Source: Candidatus Latescibacterota bacterium (GTDB taxonomy: Bacteria > Latescibacterota > UBA2968 > UBA8231). From it: DNA of 64,000 bases. How positions within the stretch are numbered: position 1 is the first letter of the stretch; the number at the start of each line of letters is the position of its first letter. A program made the translations under genes and the position numbers. The stretch covers positions 4,480,001 through 4,544,000 of the forward strand of contig CBDETY010000003.1 in NCBI GenBank assembly GCA_965243025.1, read 5' to 3'. Under the pieces are notes generated by a model. That model did no database searches. It saw only the letters and a program-made list of their open reading frames with translations, and was not told where the DNA came from. Shown piece after piece: positions 39,105 to 48,356 of this stretch.

Positions 39105-41462
39105 GTGAAAAAACCTGTTTCTAAACGAAACCGGGCAAGCCGCCCGGGAACTGCGGCCTCGGGAATTCGATCCCCGGGAATCGGAAAAGCTGGCCGGCTG
39201 CTGGCCGCCTGGATGCTGCTGGCGGCGGCAGGCGCACAGGCGGCCACCCTCGGCGGCTTCGTGACCGACGCCGAGAACGGCGAGGTCCTGCCGCTGGCCA
39301 CCGTCGCGATCGAGGAGGTGCGGCTGGGGGCCCTGAGCAACAGCAGCGGCTACTACGCCGTAAAGGATATCCCGGCAGGCACCTGGGGGGTGTCGGTGTC
39401 CTACATCGGATACAAGACCCTCCGGGACACGCTGCGCTTCGAGGCCGGAATCGACGTGCGCCGGGACTGGTCCCTGACCTGGCAGCCCATCCGCGAGGAG
39501 GCGGTGGTGGTGGAGGTCGAGCGCGAGGAGGAGCTGGAGCAGGCGACCCAGAGCAGCTTCATCGCCCTGCAGGTAGAGCCCCTGCAGCAGATGCCGGCCG
39601 TGGGCGAGGCCGACCTGCTGCGCAGCCTGCAGCTGCTGCCTGGCATCCAGTCGGCCTCCGACCTAACCAGCGGCCTCTACATAAGGGGCGGCGGGCCGGA
39701 CCAGACGGCGATCCTCCTCGACCACATCCCTCTCTACAACCCGTCCCACCTCTTCGGGTTCTTCTCCACCTTCAACCCCGACGCCATCAAGGACGTGCAG
39801 CTCTACAAGGGGGCCTACCCGGCGAAGTACGGCCGCACCCTCGGGGCCGTCCTCGACGTGGCCAACCGCGAGGGCAACCGCCAGCGCTTCAGCGGACGCG
39901 GCGGCATCAGCCTCATCTCCAGCCGCCTGCTGGCCGAGGGGCCGATCGACGGCGGCTCGTGGATGGCGGCCGGACGACGCACCTACCTGGAGCCCGTCTT
40001 CAGCGCCGTCCGCGCCTTCGACGTCGACCTCCCCATCAGCTACTACTTCTACGACTTCAACGGCAAGATCAACCAGCGGCGCGGAGACGACACCTTCACG
40101 CTGAGCACCTACATGGGCCAGGACGACCTGCGGGCCGAGTTCTTCCGGGAATCGTCCAGCGCCGACACGTTGAGCACAGACCAGGAAGACGTAGAGGAGT
40201 CCTTCGCCGACCTGCGCTGGGGCAACCGCGCCGTGACGGCGCGCTGGACGCGGGTGTTCTCGCCCGATCTCTTCGGCCACTTCATGGCAGCCGGCTCCTA
40301 CTACGAGAGCGTCCTCGACTTCAGCGTGTTCAACACCCCCTTCACCGTCGTCAACAGCATCCGCGACCTGTCCTTCAAGGGCGACCTCGACTACTACGCC
40401 CACCGGGACCACACCCTCACACTCGGCCTCCTGGCCACCCTTTACAGGTTCCACTTCGCCCAGAGCTTCAACGGCGAGGAGCAGGACGACCTGCGCCAGG
40501 GCTCGGTGCTGATCTCGGCCTACGTGCAGGACGAGTGGGAGCCCGACCCGGTCACGCGGCTGCGGCTCGGGGGGAGGGGCGCCTGGTTCAGCGAAGGCCG
40601 CCGCCTGCATTTCACACCGCGCCTCTCCCTCAGCCGGGCCCTCACCGAGAAGGTGCGCCTCAAGCTCGCCGGGGGGATGTACCGCCAGTACCTGCAGCTG
40701 ATCACCACCGAGGGCTTCACCGGCGGCGACGGCTGGGTCCCCCTGGACGACAGCGTCGAGCCCGGTCGCTCCTGGCAAGGGGTGGCGGGCGCCGAGTGGA
40801 ACCCGTCGCGGACCTGGCAGTTCACCGTGGAGGGCTACTACACGGACCTGGCGAACCTCGTGGTCCTCGACACCGCCGTGGCCGCCGACAGCGAAGCCGG
40901 GAACTCCGAGGAGATCTTCGTCAGCGGCGGCACCGGCTGGGCCCGTGGGGTCGAGCTCTTCCTGCAACGGCGCTCGGGGCCTCTCACCGGCTGGGTGGGC
41001 TACACCCTGGGCTGGACGCGGCGCACCTTCCCGGAGCTGAACCAGGGGCGCGCCTTCCCCCCCAAGTACGACCGCCGCCACGACCTCTCCTTCGTCGTCT
41101 CCTACCGGGCAGGGAAGTGGCGCCTGGGCTCCAACCTCGTGTACGCCACGGGGCAGGCCTTCACCCCGGCCTCGGTGCGCTACTCGCTGCGCGAGCCGAC
41201 TACCGGCGTGGTCGAGGACTACGTGCTGCCGTCGCGGCGCAACAGCGGCCGCCTGCTGCCCTACCACCGCCTCGACGCCAGCGTCACCCGGGACCTGACG
41301 CTGTGGGGCCTGGAATCCGAGCTCTTCCTGCAGGTCTTCAACCTCTACAGCCGGCGCAACGAATGGTTCATCCAGTACTCCACGGACGAAGCCCGGACGC
41401 GGGGGGAGGTGGTCCAGCAGCTGCCCATCGTGCCCACCCTGGGCCTGAACTTCACTTTCTGA
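39105..41462 (+). CDS. TonB-dependent receptor with N-terminal carboxypeptidase-regulatory-like domain
   Basis: GFVTDAENGEVLP, SLQLLPGI, IRGGGPDQ, YKGAYPAKYG, DRRH, C-terminal LNFTF. Confidence 0.93.
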   Translation: MKKPVSKRNRASRPGTAASGIRSPGIGKAGRLLAAWMLLAAAGAQAATLGGFVTDAENGEVLPLATVAIEEVRLGALSNSSGYYAVKDIPAGTWGVSVSYIGYKTLRDTLRFEAGIDVRRDWSLTWQPIREEAVVVEVEREEELEQATQSSFIALQVEPLQQMPAVGEADLLRSLQLLPGIQSASDLTSGLYIRGGGPDQTAILLDHIPLYNPSHLFGFFSTFNPDAIKDVQLYKGAYPAKYGRTLGAVLDVANREGNRQRFSGRGGISLISSRLLAEGPIDGGSWMAAGRRTYLEPVFSAVRAFDVDLPISYYFYDFNGKINQRRGDDTFTLSTYMGQDDLRAEFFRESSSADTLSTDQEDVEESFADLRWGNRAVTARWTRVFSPDLFGHFMAAGSYYESVLDFSVFNTPFTVVNSIRDLSFKGDLDYYAHRDHTLTLGLLATLYRFHFAQSFNGEEQDDLRQGSVLISAYVQDEWEPDPVTRLRLGGRGAWFSEGRRLHFTPRLSLSRALTEKVRLKLAGGMYRQYLQLITTEGFTGGDGWVPLDDSVEPGRSWQGVAGAEWNPSRTWQFTVEGYYTDLANLVVLDTAVAADSEAGNSEEIFVSGGTGWARGVELFLQRRSGPLTGWVGYTLGWTRRTFPELNQGRAFPPKYDRRHDLSFVVSYRAGKWRLGSNLVYATGQAFTPASVRYSLREPTTGVVEDYVLPSRRNSGRLLPYHRLDASVTRDLTLWGLESELFLQVFNLYSRRNEWFIQYSTDEARTRGEVVQQLPIVPTLGLNFTF

Positions 41463-41473
41463 GGCAGATCGCG

Positions 41474-42442
41474 ATGACCCCCGAATCCTTCTCGTCACGG
41501 CTCGGCGGGCTGATGCCGCTCACCGGGCGCTGCCTTCTGCTGTCGCTGTGCCTGGCGGCGTGCTCCGCCGACCGCGAGCCGGGGAGTCTCTTCGGCTCGG
41601 CGGAGGAGGACAGCGACCTGGTGGTCGACGCCCTGCTGCTGGTCGACCAGGACCTGCCCGCGCTGTTCGTGCGGCGCAGCCTGGCCGCCGACATCGCGTA
41701 CGACCGCACAGCGACGGGCGTGGCCGACGCCCGGGTCCGCATCCTCCAGGGGGACCGGGTCTTCGAGTACGCCGCCGACGCGGAGGAACCCGGCCGTTAC
41801 CTGCCTCCCCCGGACCCGCCCCGGGTCGAGCCCCGGACCGAGTATCGGCTCGAGGTCGAGGTGGGGGGGCAGAGCCTGTGGGGGCGCACGACCACGCCGG
41901 ACCGGCTGCGGGTGCGGCAGGCGGTGCTCATCGACTGGGAGACCGGCGAGATCCTGCGCACCCTCAAGTCCTTTGCCGAGGCCGGAGACGGGGTCTACGA
42001 GGCGCCCGAGAACCAGCTCCTCTACCTGGAGGGGGTGCTCGAGATCCACCTGGAGGCGGCGGAGGCCGCGGGGTACCAGGCGGGGATCTTCTCCCTGGAC
42101 GAGAGCCCGGAGAAGGTCAACGAGGACCTGGACGAGTTCTACGACGACGACGTGGACCCGAGCCGGAACGAGTCGCCGCCACTGGCGGTCGCCGAGGGGA
42201 CCGTGCGCTGGCCGTGGTTCGCCGTCTACTACGCCGGGCGCTCCATCGTGAAGGTCTACGCCCTGGACCAGAACTGGTTCGACTACGCCCGCACCAACGC
42301 CGACCAGCAGGAGCAGGGGGGGGCTGCCGGCGGACTGGCGGGCGACAACTTCGAGCGCCCCCTGTTCTCCGTGGAGGGGGGGCTGGGGCTCTTCGGCTCG
42401 GCGTCGGCCGATTCGGTGGGATTCGTGGTGGTGCCGCGCTAG
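41474..42442 (+). CDS. DUF4249-like lipoprotein partner of the TonB receptor
   Basis: Lipobox LAAC; LVVDALL; YRLEVE; SVEGGLGLFGS. Confidence 0.72.
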   Translation: MTPESFSSRLGGLMPLTGRCLLLSLCLAACSADREPGSLFGSAEEDSDLVVDALLLVDQDLPALFVRRSLAADIAYDRTATGVADARVRILQGDRVFEYAADAEEPGRYLPPPDPPRVEPRTEYRLEVEVGGQSLWGRTTTPDRLRVRQAVLIDWETGEILRTLKSFAEAGDGVYEAPENQLLYLEGVLEIHLEAAEAAGYQAGIFSLDESPEKVNEDLDEFYDDDVDPSRNESPPLAVAEGTVRWPWFAVYYAGRSIVKVYALDQNWFDYARTNADQQEQGGAAGGLAGDNFERPLFSVEGGLGLFGSASADSVGFVVVPR

Positions 42443-43242
42443 AGCGGGTCCGGCGAACCCAGTTCGCGGTTGCTGCCCATGGAGGTCTCGCCGCCGTCGG
42501 CAAAGAGGCAGGCGCCGGTGACGAAGGAGGCGTCGTCGGAAGCGAGGAACAGGACGCAGGCGGCGATCTCCTCGGGCCTGGCCGGCCGCCCGAGCATGGT
42601 GGCACGTCCGAACTCTTCCTTGAATGAGTCTGGGGTCATCCCGGCCGCGGCGGCTCGCCGCTCGTGGAAGGGGGTGAAGGTCGGTCCCGGACAGAGGGCG
42701 TTGACCCGGATCCCTTCTTCGGCATGGTCCAGAGCCATGGCGCGGGTCAGGCCCGTGACCGCCGCCTTGGTGGTGTCGTACTGCACCGCGCTGCGGCTCG
42801 CGATGGCCGCGCTGTTGGAGGCGATGTTGACGATGCTGCCCTTTCCGCTCTGGCGCAGGAAGGGGATCGCGGCCCTGGCGCAGAAGGCGTAGCCCTTGAC
42901 GTTCACCGCCCAGATGGTGTCCCAGCTCTCCTCGCTGGCTTCGGTCACCGTGTTGTAGAGACGGATGGCGGCGTTGTTCACGAGGATGTCGAGCCGGCCG
43001 AAGCGATCGACCGCGCGCCGGATGAAGGCGGCGGCCTCGGTTTCGCGGTCCATGCGGGCTTCGACGAACAGCGCCTCCCCGCCGCCGGCCTCGATCTCTC
43101 CGGCGATGCACTCGCCGCGGGGGCGGTCGCGGTCGGCATAGGCGACCCGCGCACCCTCCTCCACGAAGCGCCGCACGGTGGCTTCGCCGATGCCGGACGC
43201 ACCGCCGGTGACCGCAGCGACCTTGCCGTCCAGTCTTCCCAT
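42439..43242 (-). CDS. Short-chain dehydrogenase/reductase
   Basis: VTGGASGIG, LVNNAA, YDTTK, IRVNALCPG, ASFVTG. Confidence 0.94.
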   Translation of the reverse strand: MGRLDGKVAAVTGGASGIGEATVRRFVEEGARVAYADRDRPRGECIAGEIEAGGGEALFVEARMDRETEAAAFIRRAVDRFGRLDILVNNAAIRLYNTVTEASEESWDTIWAVNVKGYAFCARAAIPFLRQSGKGSIVNIASNSAAIASRSAVQYDTTKAAVTGLTRAMALDHAEEGIRVNALCPGPTFTPFHERRAAAAGMTPDSFKEEFGRATMLGRPARPEEIAACVLFLASDDASFVTGACLFADGGETSMGSNRELGSPDPL

Positions 43243-43279
43243 TTTCGGCAGAAGTCCCAGGGGTCGTCCCTGGATCAGC

Positions 43280-43648
43280 TCAACGCTGCTCGTCCCTGGT
43301 GGGGAAATCCGCCGGCATGCAGATCTCGATGACCTCGAAGTCGTCGGAGAACTCCAGCACCTCGTGCGGGGTCATGGGATCCTGCTGCCAGCTGTCGCCG
43401 GCCTCAAAGCGCACCTCGCCGACGTCCTCGAACTCGACCCGGGTCCAGCCGCGCAGCACGTAGTTCATCTGGAACTCGAGATCGTGGGAGTGATACCCGC
43501 CCGGACCGCTGCAGGGTTCGGTGGCGCGGATGACGTGGACGAGCAGTCGGCCCTCGGTGGCCTCGACGCTGCCGAGGTCGCGATACTCGAAGTAGGTGCG
43601 CAGCCCGGGCTTCCACTCCGCCGACTTGTGAAGGGACATGTTGGCCAT
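43280..43648 (-). CDS. Cupin domain protein
   Basis: GLRTYFEYRDLG, HSHDLEFQMNYVLRGW, AGD....P...H; GGAGG RBS. Confidence 0.85.
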   Translation of the reverse strand: MANMSLHKSAEWKPGLRTYFEYRDLGSVEATEGRLLVHVIRATEPCSGPGGYHSHDLEFQMNYVLRGWTRVEFEDVGEVRFEAGDSWQQDPMTPHEVLEFSDDFEVIEICMPADFPTRDEQR

Positions 43649-43715
43649 CTGATCGATCCTCCGGAGTTGGGGAGATTGGGCGGGCGGGAGATAGAACCCC
43701 TCGCCGCCCCTGTGG

Positions 43716-44417
43716 TCAAGGTGGCGGTGCGGCGGCCCCGGGGCCCTTGACCGCCCTGACCACCGCCAGCGGCACCGCCCGCCACAGGCAGGCGGTCTCG
43801 AAGCCGGCGTCCTCCAGGGCCTCAAGCTCCTCCTCCAGCGGGAAGTAGGTGTCCTCGCCCGACCACTCCTCGAAGTGGCGCCAGGCCTGCTCCTCCTCGA
43901 TGCCGCGGGAGACGAGGTGGGCGGCCCAGGTCCGGAAGTCGGCCTGCCGGGCGGCCGGGTCGGCGGGCATGGTCGCGTCGGCGTTGACGAACACGCCCCC
44001 CGGGGGCAGCGCCGCGTGAATCGCGCCGAAGATCTTGCGTTTCTCCGCAAGCGTGGAAACGTGGTGCAGCGCCAGGGAGGCGACGGCGACGTCGCAGGGG
44101 GGCAGCGGGCCCTGGAACGGGCGCTCGGCGAACTGGACCCGGCCCGAATAGGGGGCCAGCCGCTCCTGCGCCTGGTCGAGCATCTCGGCATCGGCGTCGA
44201 TCAGGAGGACCCCCGCTTCCCCGCACCTGCGCAACACCGCCTGCGCCAGGGCGCCGGTGCCGGCGCCTAGGTCGATCACCCTTCCCGGCTTCGCCGCGGC
44301 AACCGCCTCGGCGGTCCGCTCCAGCATCTCCTCGTAGGAGGGGATGAAGGCGCGGATCGTCCTGTCGTAAGCCTCGATTTCCACCCGGAGATGGCGCCGC
44401 ACGGAATGTGTCACCAT
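43716..44417 (-). CDS. Class I SAM-dependent methyltransferase (CmoA-like)
   Basis: IPSYEEM, IDLGAGTG, SLALHH, LPPGGVFVNAD. Confidence 0.88.
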   Translation of the reverse strand: MVTHSVRRHLRVEIEAYDRTIRAFIPSYEEMLERTAEAVAAAKPGRVIDLGAGTGALAQAVLRRCGEAGVLLIDADAEMLDQAQERLAPYSGRVQFAERPFQGPLPPCDVAVASLALHHVSTLAEKRKIFGAIHAALPPGGVFVNADATMPADPAARQADFRTWAAHLVSRGIEEEQAWRHFEEWSGEDTYFPLEEELEALEDAGFETACLWRAVPLAVVRAVKGPGAAAPPP

Positions 44418-44483
44418 TTTCGAACCAGTCCGAAAGACGATTACCTATGGGAGGGTCGTTGCAGACTCCCGGGAGGAAATTAA

Positions 44484-45458
44484 ATGACCCAGGAAACCCT
44501 TATGATCATCGGTTTCCTGCTCGGGGCCTATTCCATCGTCGGCAACGACGCCATCCAGACCCTGGGAACCTTCCTCAGCTCCAACTCCCACCGCCCCTGG
44601 TGGGTGCTCTGGCTCTTCGGCGCCGGCGTCATCACGGCAGTCCTCGTGTACGGGTGGACGGTCCACGCCGGCGACGTCTCCTACGGCCGGCTCCAGGCGA
44701 TCCCGGTGCCCGAGCACTTCTCCTGGATCTACTGCGTTCCCCCCTTCGTCCTGCTCCTGCTGACGCGCTGGGGGGTCCCGGTGAGCACGACCTTCCTCAC
44801 CCTGACCATCTTCGCCCCCAAGGCGCTGCCGAGCATGCTGGTCAAGTCGCTGCTGGGGTACGCCACGGCCTTCGTCGCCGCCATCCTCGTGTACAAGCTG
44901 ATCACCCGCGGTCTCGAGCACCGCTTCAACAAGACGGAGGGCCCCACCGGCGGCTGGTGGGTGGTTGCCCAGTGGTGCTCAACCGGCTTCCTCTGGAGCC
45001 AGTGGCTGATCCAGGACCTCGCCAACATCTACGTCTTCCTGCCGCGCGACCCGGCCACCCGGATCCCGATGTTGGCCCCCGAATGGTTCGCGGCCAGCGT
45101 CGTCGTCATCCTGGCCCTGCTCGCCTACATCTTCTACACCCACGGCGGCGCCATCCAGAAGGTGGTGCTGACCAAGACGAACACTACCGACATCCGCTCG
45201 GCGACCTTCGTCGACCTCATCTACGGCATCGTGCTGTTCCTTTTCAAGGAGGTCAGCAATTTACCTATGAGCACGACGTGGGTCTTCGTCGGCCTGCTCG
45301 CGGGGCGGGAGATCGCCATCGCCTGGAACGAGAAGCACCGCGGCCGCCCGGAGGTGTCCCGGCTGGTGCTCTCCGACCTGGCAAAGATCTTCGCCGGCCT
45401 CGCGGTAAGCGTCGTCCTCGCCCTGCTGCTGCCGGTATTGCAGAAACAGATCGGCTGA
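44484..45458 (+). CDS. Membrane protein, divergent PiT/PHO4-like transporter
   Basis: Duplicated signatures GNDAIQT/QDLANI and GVPVSTT/LPMSTT; about 9-10 TM segments; GGAGG RBS. Confidence 0.6.
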   Translation: MTQETLMIIGFLLGAYSIVGNDAIQTLGTFLSSNSHRPWWVLWLFGAGVITAVLVYGWTVHAGDVSYGRLQAIPVPEHFSWIYCVPPFVLLLLTRWGVPVSTTFLTLTIFAPKALPSMLVKSLLGYATAFVAAILVYKLITRGLEHRFNKTEGPTGGWWVVAQWCSTGFLWSQWLIQDLANIYVFLPRDPATRIPMLAPEWFAASVVVILALLAYIFYTHGGAIQKVVLTKTNTTDIRSATFVDLIYGIVLFLFKEVSNLPMSTTWVFVGLLAGREIAIAWNEKHRGRPEVSRLVLSDLAKIFAGLAVSVVLALLLPVLQKQIG

Positions 45459-45500
45459 GAAAACCGGCTTCGCCAGGCCGGCCTCCGAAGGAGGAACGCC

Positions 45501-47432
45501 ATGCCGCTGCGAAGACTGCTTCCGCTCGTTCTCCTCGCTTTCGCGCCGTACCCGCGAGAAAGCCACGGGGTGATCGTCTACCGGATCGGGGCCCCCTTTT
45601 CGGCGGGTGAAATGGACAGCCTGTCGAGCCTCGGCATCGATTTCACCAGAATCGGCTGGTCCCCGTCCCAGCTGCAGAAGGACCTTCACCTCGACTCGCT
45701 GCAGGCCGAGTCGCTGCAGCCGCATTTCTTCGCCGCCGACGACGATATCGCCGCCACCCTGCTGGACAGGGGGGGGAGGGCATGCGTCATCAACACCAGC
45801 TACTCCCACGCCTGCAACAACCTCGACGGCGAGCTGCTCATCGACCAGGACCCGACCACCGCCCACGTCTACCCGCTGCTCGCCGCCGAGAGCTTCAACC
45901 GCGAAATCTGGGAGCGGGTGACCTTCGACGTCGGCGGGCGCTTCCTGATCCGGGAGGTGAGGTTCCGCACCCTGGCCGACCGCCCGGATCACTTCCTCGA
46001 GCGCTTCACCATCGGTATCGCCGAGGGTTTCGCTTCGAACCGCATTCCCCACTTCCGGGAGATCGTCGCCGAGGTGAAGGAGAACACGGAGGCGGAAGTC
46101 TCGGTGCTGCTCGACCCGCCGGTGACGACCCGGGCGATCCAGCTGCGAATCTTCCGTCAGACCACCAAGGAGGTAGGCCTCGCCGACTTCGAGCTCTACG
46201 GCGGCGGCTTCGTCGGCGGCGCCGCGTACGAGTCCGAGGTGATCGAAATGGAGGATATCGCCAGCTGGGGGGAGATCCGCTGGTCGGGCCGCCGGGACCC
46301 GCTTGCCCGCGTCGAAATCCGCACACGCTCCGGCTCCGACCCGCAACCGGTGATCTTCTGGGAAACCCGCCCCGAGCAGCAGGACAGCATCCGTTTCCGC
46401 GGCGGCGGAGGCAGTCTCAGCCTGACGGAATACAGGGAGCAGTACGCAAAGCTGTCGGACTTTCTCAGACCCGCAAACCCGGACGACCAGGTGAGCCCCG
46501 ACACCGAGAACTGGAGCTTCTGGTCGAGCCCGTATCCCTTCGATACACCGGGGGTATCGGTGGTCTCTCCAGGGCCGCGGCGGTTCTTCCAGGTACGGGC
46601 GGATTTCTACTCCACCACCGAAGCGGGGGGCAAGCTCGACTTCCTGGAGTTCAAGGCCTCGGTGCCCCCGGCAGTGCGGGCGCTGGTGGCCGAGATCCAC
46701 CCTACAGAAACGCGGATCGGCGAGCCGACCCGGTTCACCTATTACATCCGGCCGACGATCCGGCCCGGGGACGGCAGCTTCGACGGAGTGGAAGTATCGA
46801 CCCCTTCCGGGATCGTGTCGGTCGACTCCCTGCGCATCGCCGGCGTCGACCAGGGGTACTTCGAGCGGCGCCTCCGCGGCGACGGGCTCGGGTTCGAAGT
46901 GCTGCTGCCGCGCAAGCTCGAGACCGCCGACAGCGGCGCCCTGGTCGAGATCGTGTTCAGCGCCCCGGTGCTCAGGGAGGTGGGGACCCTCTTCGACGGC
47001 AGGGTTTTCGACACCACCCGGCCGCTCGAGGTGCGCCAGCGGCTCATCGCGGGGAATGCCACCGGCGAGGTGGAGAGCGAGCGCCTGTCGGTGACGACGT
47101 CGCTGAGCAGCTCGCTGCTGTTCTCCCCCCGGGCCGAGCCCGACCCGTTCACCCCGAACGGGGACGGCGTCAACGACCTGGCGAACATCTCCTACAAGGT
47201 GCTGCGGCTGACCTCCGCGGCGCCGGTCTCCATCGCGATCTTCGACCTGTCCGGCAGGCTGGTGAGAGAGCTGTACGCCGGGGAGGATCCCCTCGGGGAG
47301 TACTCCCACCACTGGGACGGCACCGACGACTCCGGAAGGCGGGTCCCGCCCGGGGTCTACCTCTACCGGCTGACGATCGAGCTGCAGTCGCAGCGCGAGA
47401 GCAGCAGCGGCACGCTCTCCGTCGCCTACTGA
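45501..47432 (+). CDS. Secreted protein with C-terminal FlgD-Ig / T9SS-CTD-like domain
   Basis: Signal peptide; PFTPNGDGVND, IFDLSGRLVREL, WDGTDDSGRRVPPGVYLY; AGGAGG RBS. Confidence 0.85.
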   Translation: MPLRRLLPLVLLAFAPYPRESHGVIVYRIGAPFSAGEMDSLSSLGIDFTRIGWSPSQLQKDLHLDSLQAESLQPHFFAADDDIAATLLDRGGRACVINTSYSHACNNLDGELLIDQDPTTAHVYPLLAAESFNREIWERVTFDVGGRFLIREVRFRTLADRPDHFLERFTIGIAEGFASNRIPHFREIVAEVKENTEAEVSVLLDPPVTTRAIQLRIFRQTTKEVGLADFELYGGGFVGGAAYESEVIEMEDIASWGEIRWSGRRDPLARVEIRTRSGSDPQPVIFWETRPEQQDSIRFRGGGGSLSLTEYREQYAKLSDFLRPANPDDQVSPDTENWSFWSSPYPFDTPGVSVVSPGPRRFFQVRADFYSTTEAGGKLDFLEFKASVPPAVRALVAEIHPTETRIGEPTRFTYYIRPTIRPGDGSFDGVEVSTPSGIVSVDSLRIAGVDQGYFERRLRGDGLGFEVLLPRKLETADSGALVEIVFSAPVLREVGTLFDGRVFDTTRPLEVRQRLIAGNATGEVESERLSVTTSLSSSLLFSPRAEPDPFTPNGDGVNDLANISYKVLRLTSAAPVSIAIFDLSGRLVRELYAGEDPLGEYSHHWDGTDDSGRRVPPGVYLYRLTIELQSQRESSSGTLSVAY

Positions 47433-47462
47433 GGTTTCCGGCCCTGACGGCCGCGAGAGACC

Positions 47463-48356
47463 GTGACACCGGAAACCGAACCGAGGACGGCGCTCCGGGG
47501 GATCGCCCTCGTCCTCCTGGCGATGCTGCTGTTCGCCGTGATGGACGGGGTCAACAAGCACCTGGCGAAGACCTACTCCTTCGTGCAGATCCTCTGGGTC
47601 CGCTACCTGCTGCTCGTTGTCGTCGCCGCCCTGGCTTCCCGGGGGACCGGGATCCGCAGGGCGCTCGCCTCCCGGCAGCGCGGCACCCAGATCGCGCGCT
47701 CCCTCGTTCTCGTCGCCGAGCAGGCAACCTTCATCATCGCCTTCATCCACCTGCCCCTGGCCGACGTGCACGCCCTCGCCGCGGTCTCTCCCCTCATCGT
47801 CACCCTGCTGTCGGCGCCGCTCCTGCGGGAGCGCGTCTCCCTGTACCGGATGCTCGCGGTGGCGGCCGGATTCGCCGGGGTGCTGCTGATCCTCCGTCCC
47901 GGCACCGGGGCCATGACCGCCGAGGCCGCCATCCCGCTGCTCGCCGCCCTGCTGTGGGCGGTCTACCAGATGCTCACCCGCCTCGCCAGCCGCACCGACC
48001 GGCCGGAGACGTCGCTGCTGTACGCCGGGCTCGCCGGGGCGGTCGTCCTCAGTCTGGCGGGCCCCTTCTACTGGCTGCCGCCGGCTCCCGGGGACTGGGG
48101 CCTGCTGGCGCTGGTGGCCGCGCTCAGCGCCACCGCCCATTTCTCGCTGATCAAGGCCTTGCGCTACGCCGAGGCTTCGGCGCTGCAGCCGTTCGCCTAC
48201 TCCCTGTTCCTGTGGGCGGTGGTCGTCGGTTTCATCGGTTTCGGCGACTTCCCCGACGCCTGGACCCTGGCAGGGGCGGCGGTCATCCTGGCGAGCAACC
48301 TCTACGTGGTGCGGCGCGCCCGGGCGGAGGGAGAATCCCCGCTTTCCCCCGGCTGA
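47463..48356 (+). CDS. DMT/EamA family transporter
   Basis: 10 TM segments; LPLAD, PLLRERV, GFAGVLLILRPG, EASALQPFAY. Confidence 0.92.
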   Translation: MTPETEPRTALRGIALVLLAMLLFAVMDGVNKHLAKTYSFVQILWVRYLLLVVVAALASRGTGIRRALASRQRGTQIARSLVLVAEQATFIIAFIHLPLADVHALAAVSPLIVTLLSAPLLRERVSLYRMLAVAAGFAGVLLILRPGTGAMTAEAAIPLLAALLWAVYQMLTRLASRTDRPETSLLYAGLAGAVVLSLAGPFYWLPPAPGDWGLLALVAALSATAHFSLIKALRYAEASALQPFAYSLFLWAVVVGFIGFGDFPDAWTLAGAAVILASNLYVVRRARAEGESPLSPG

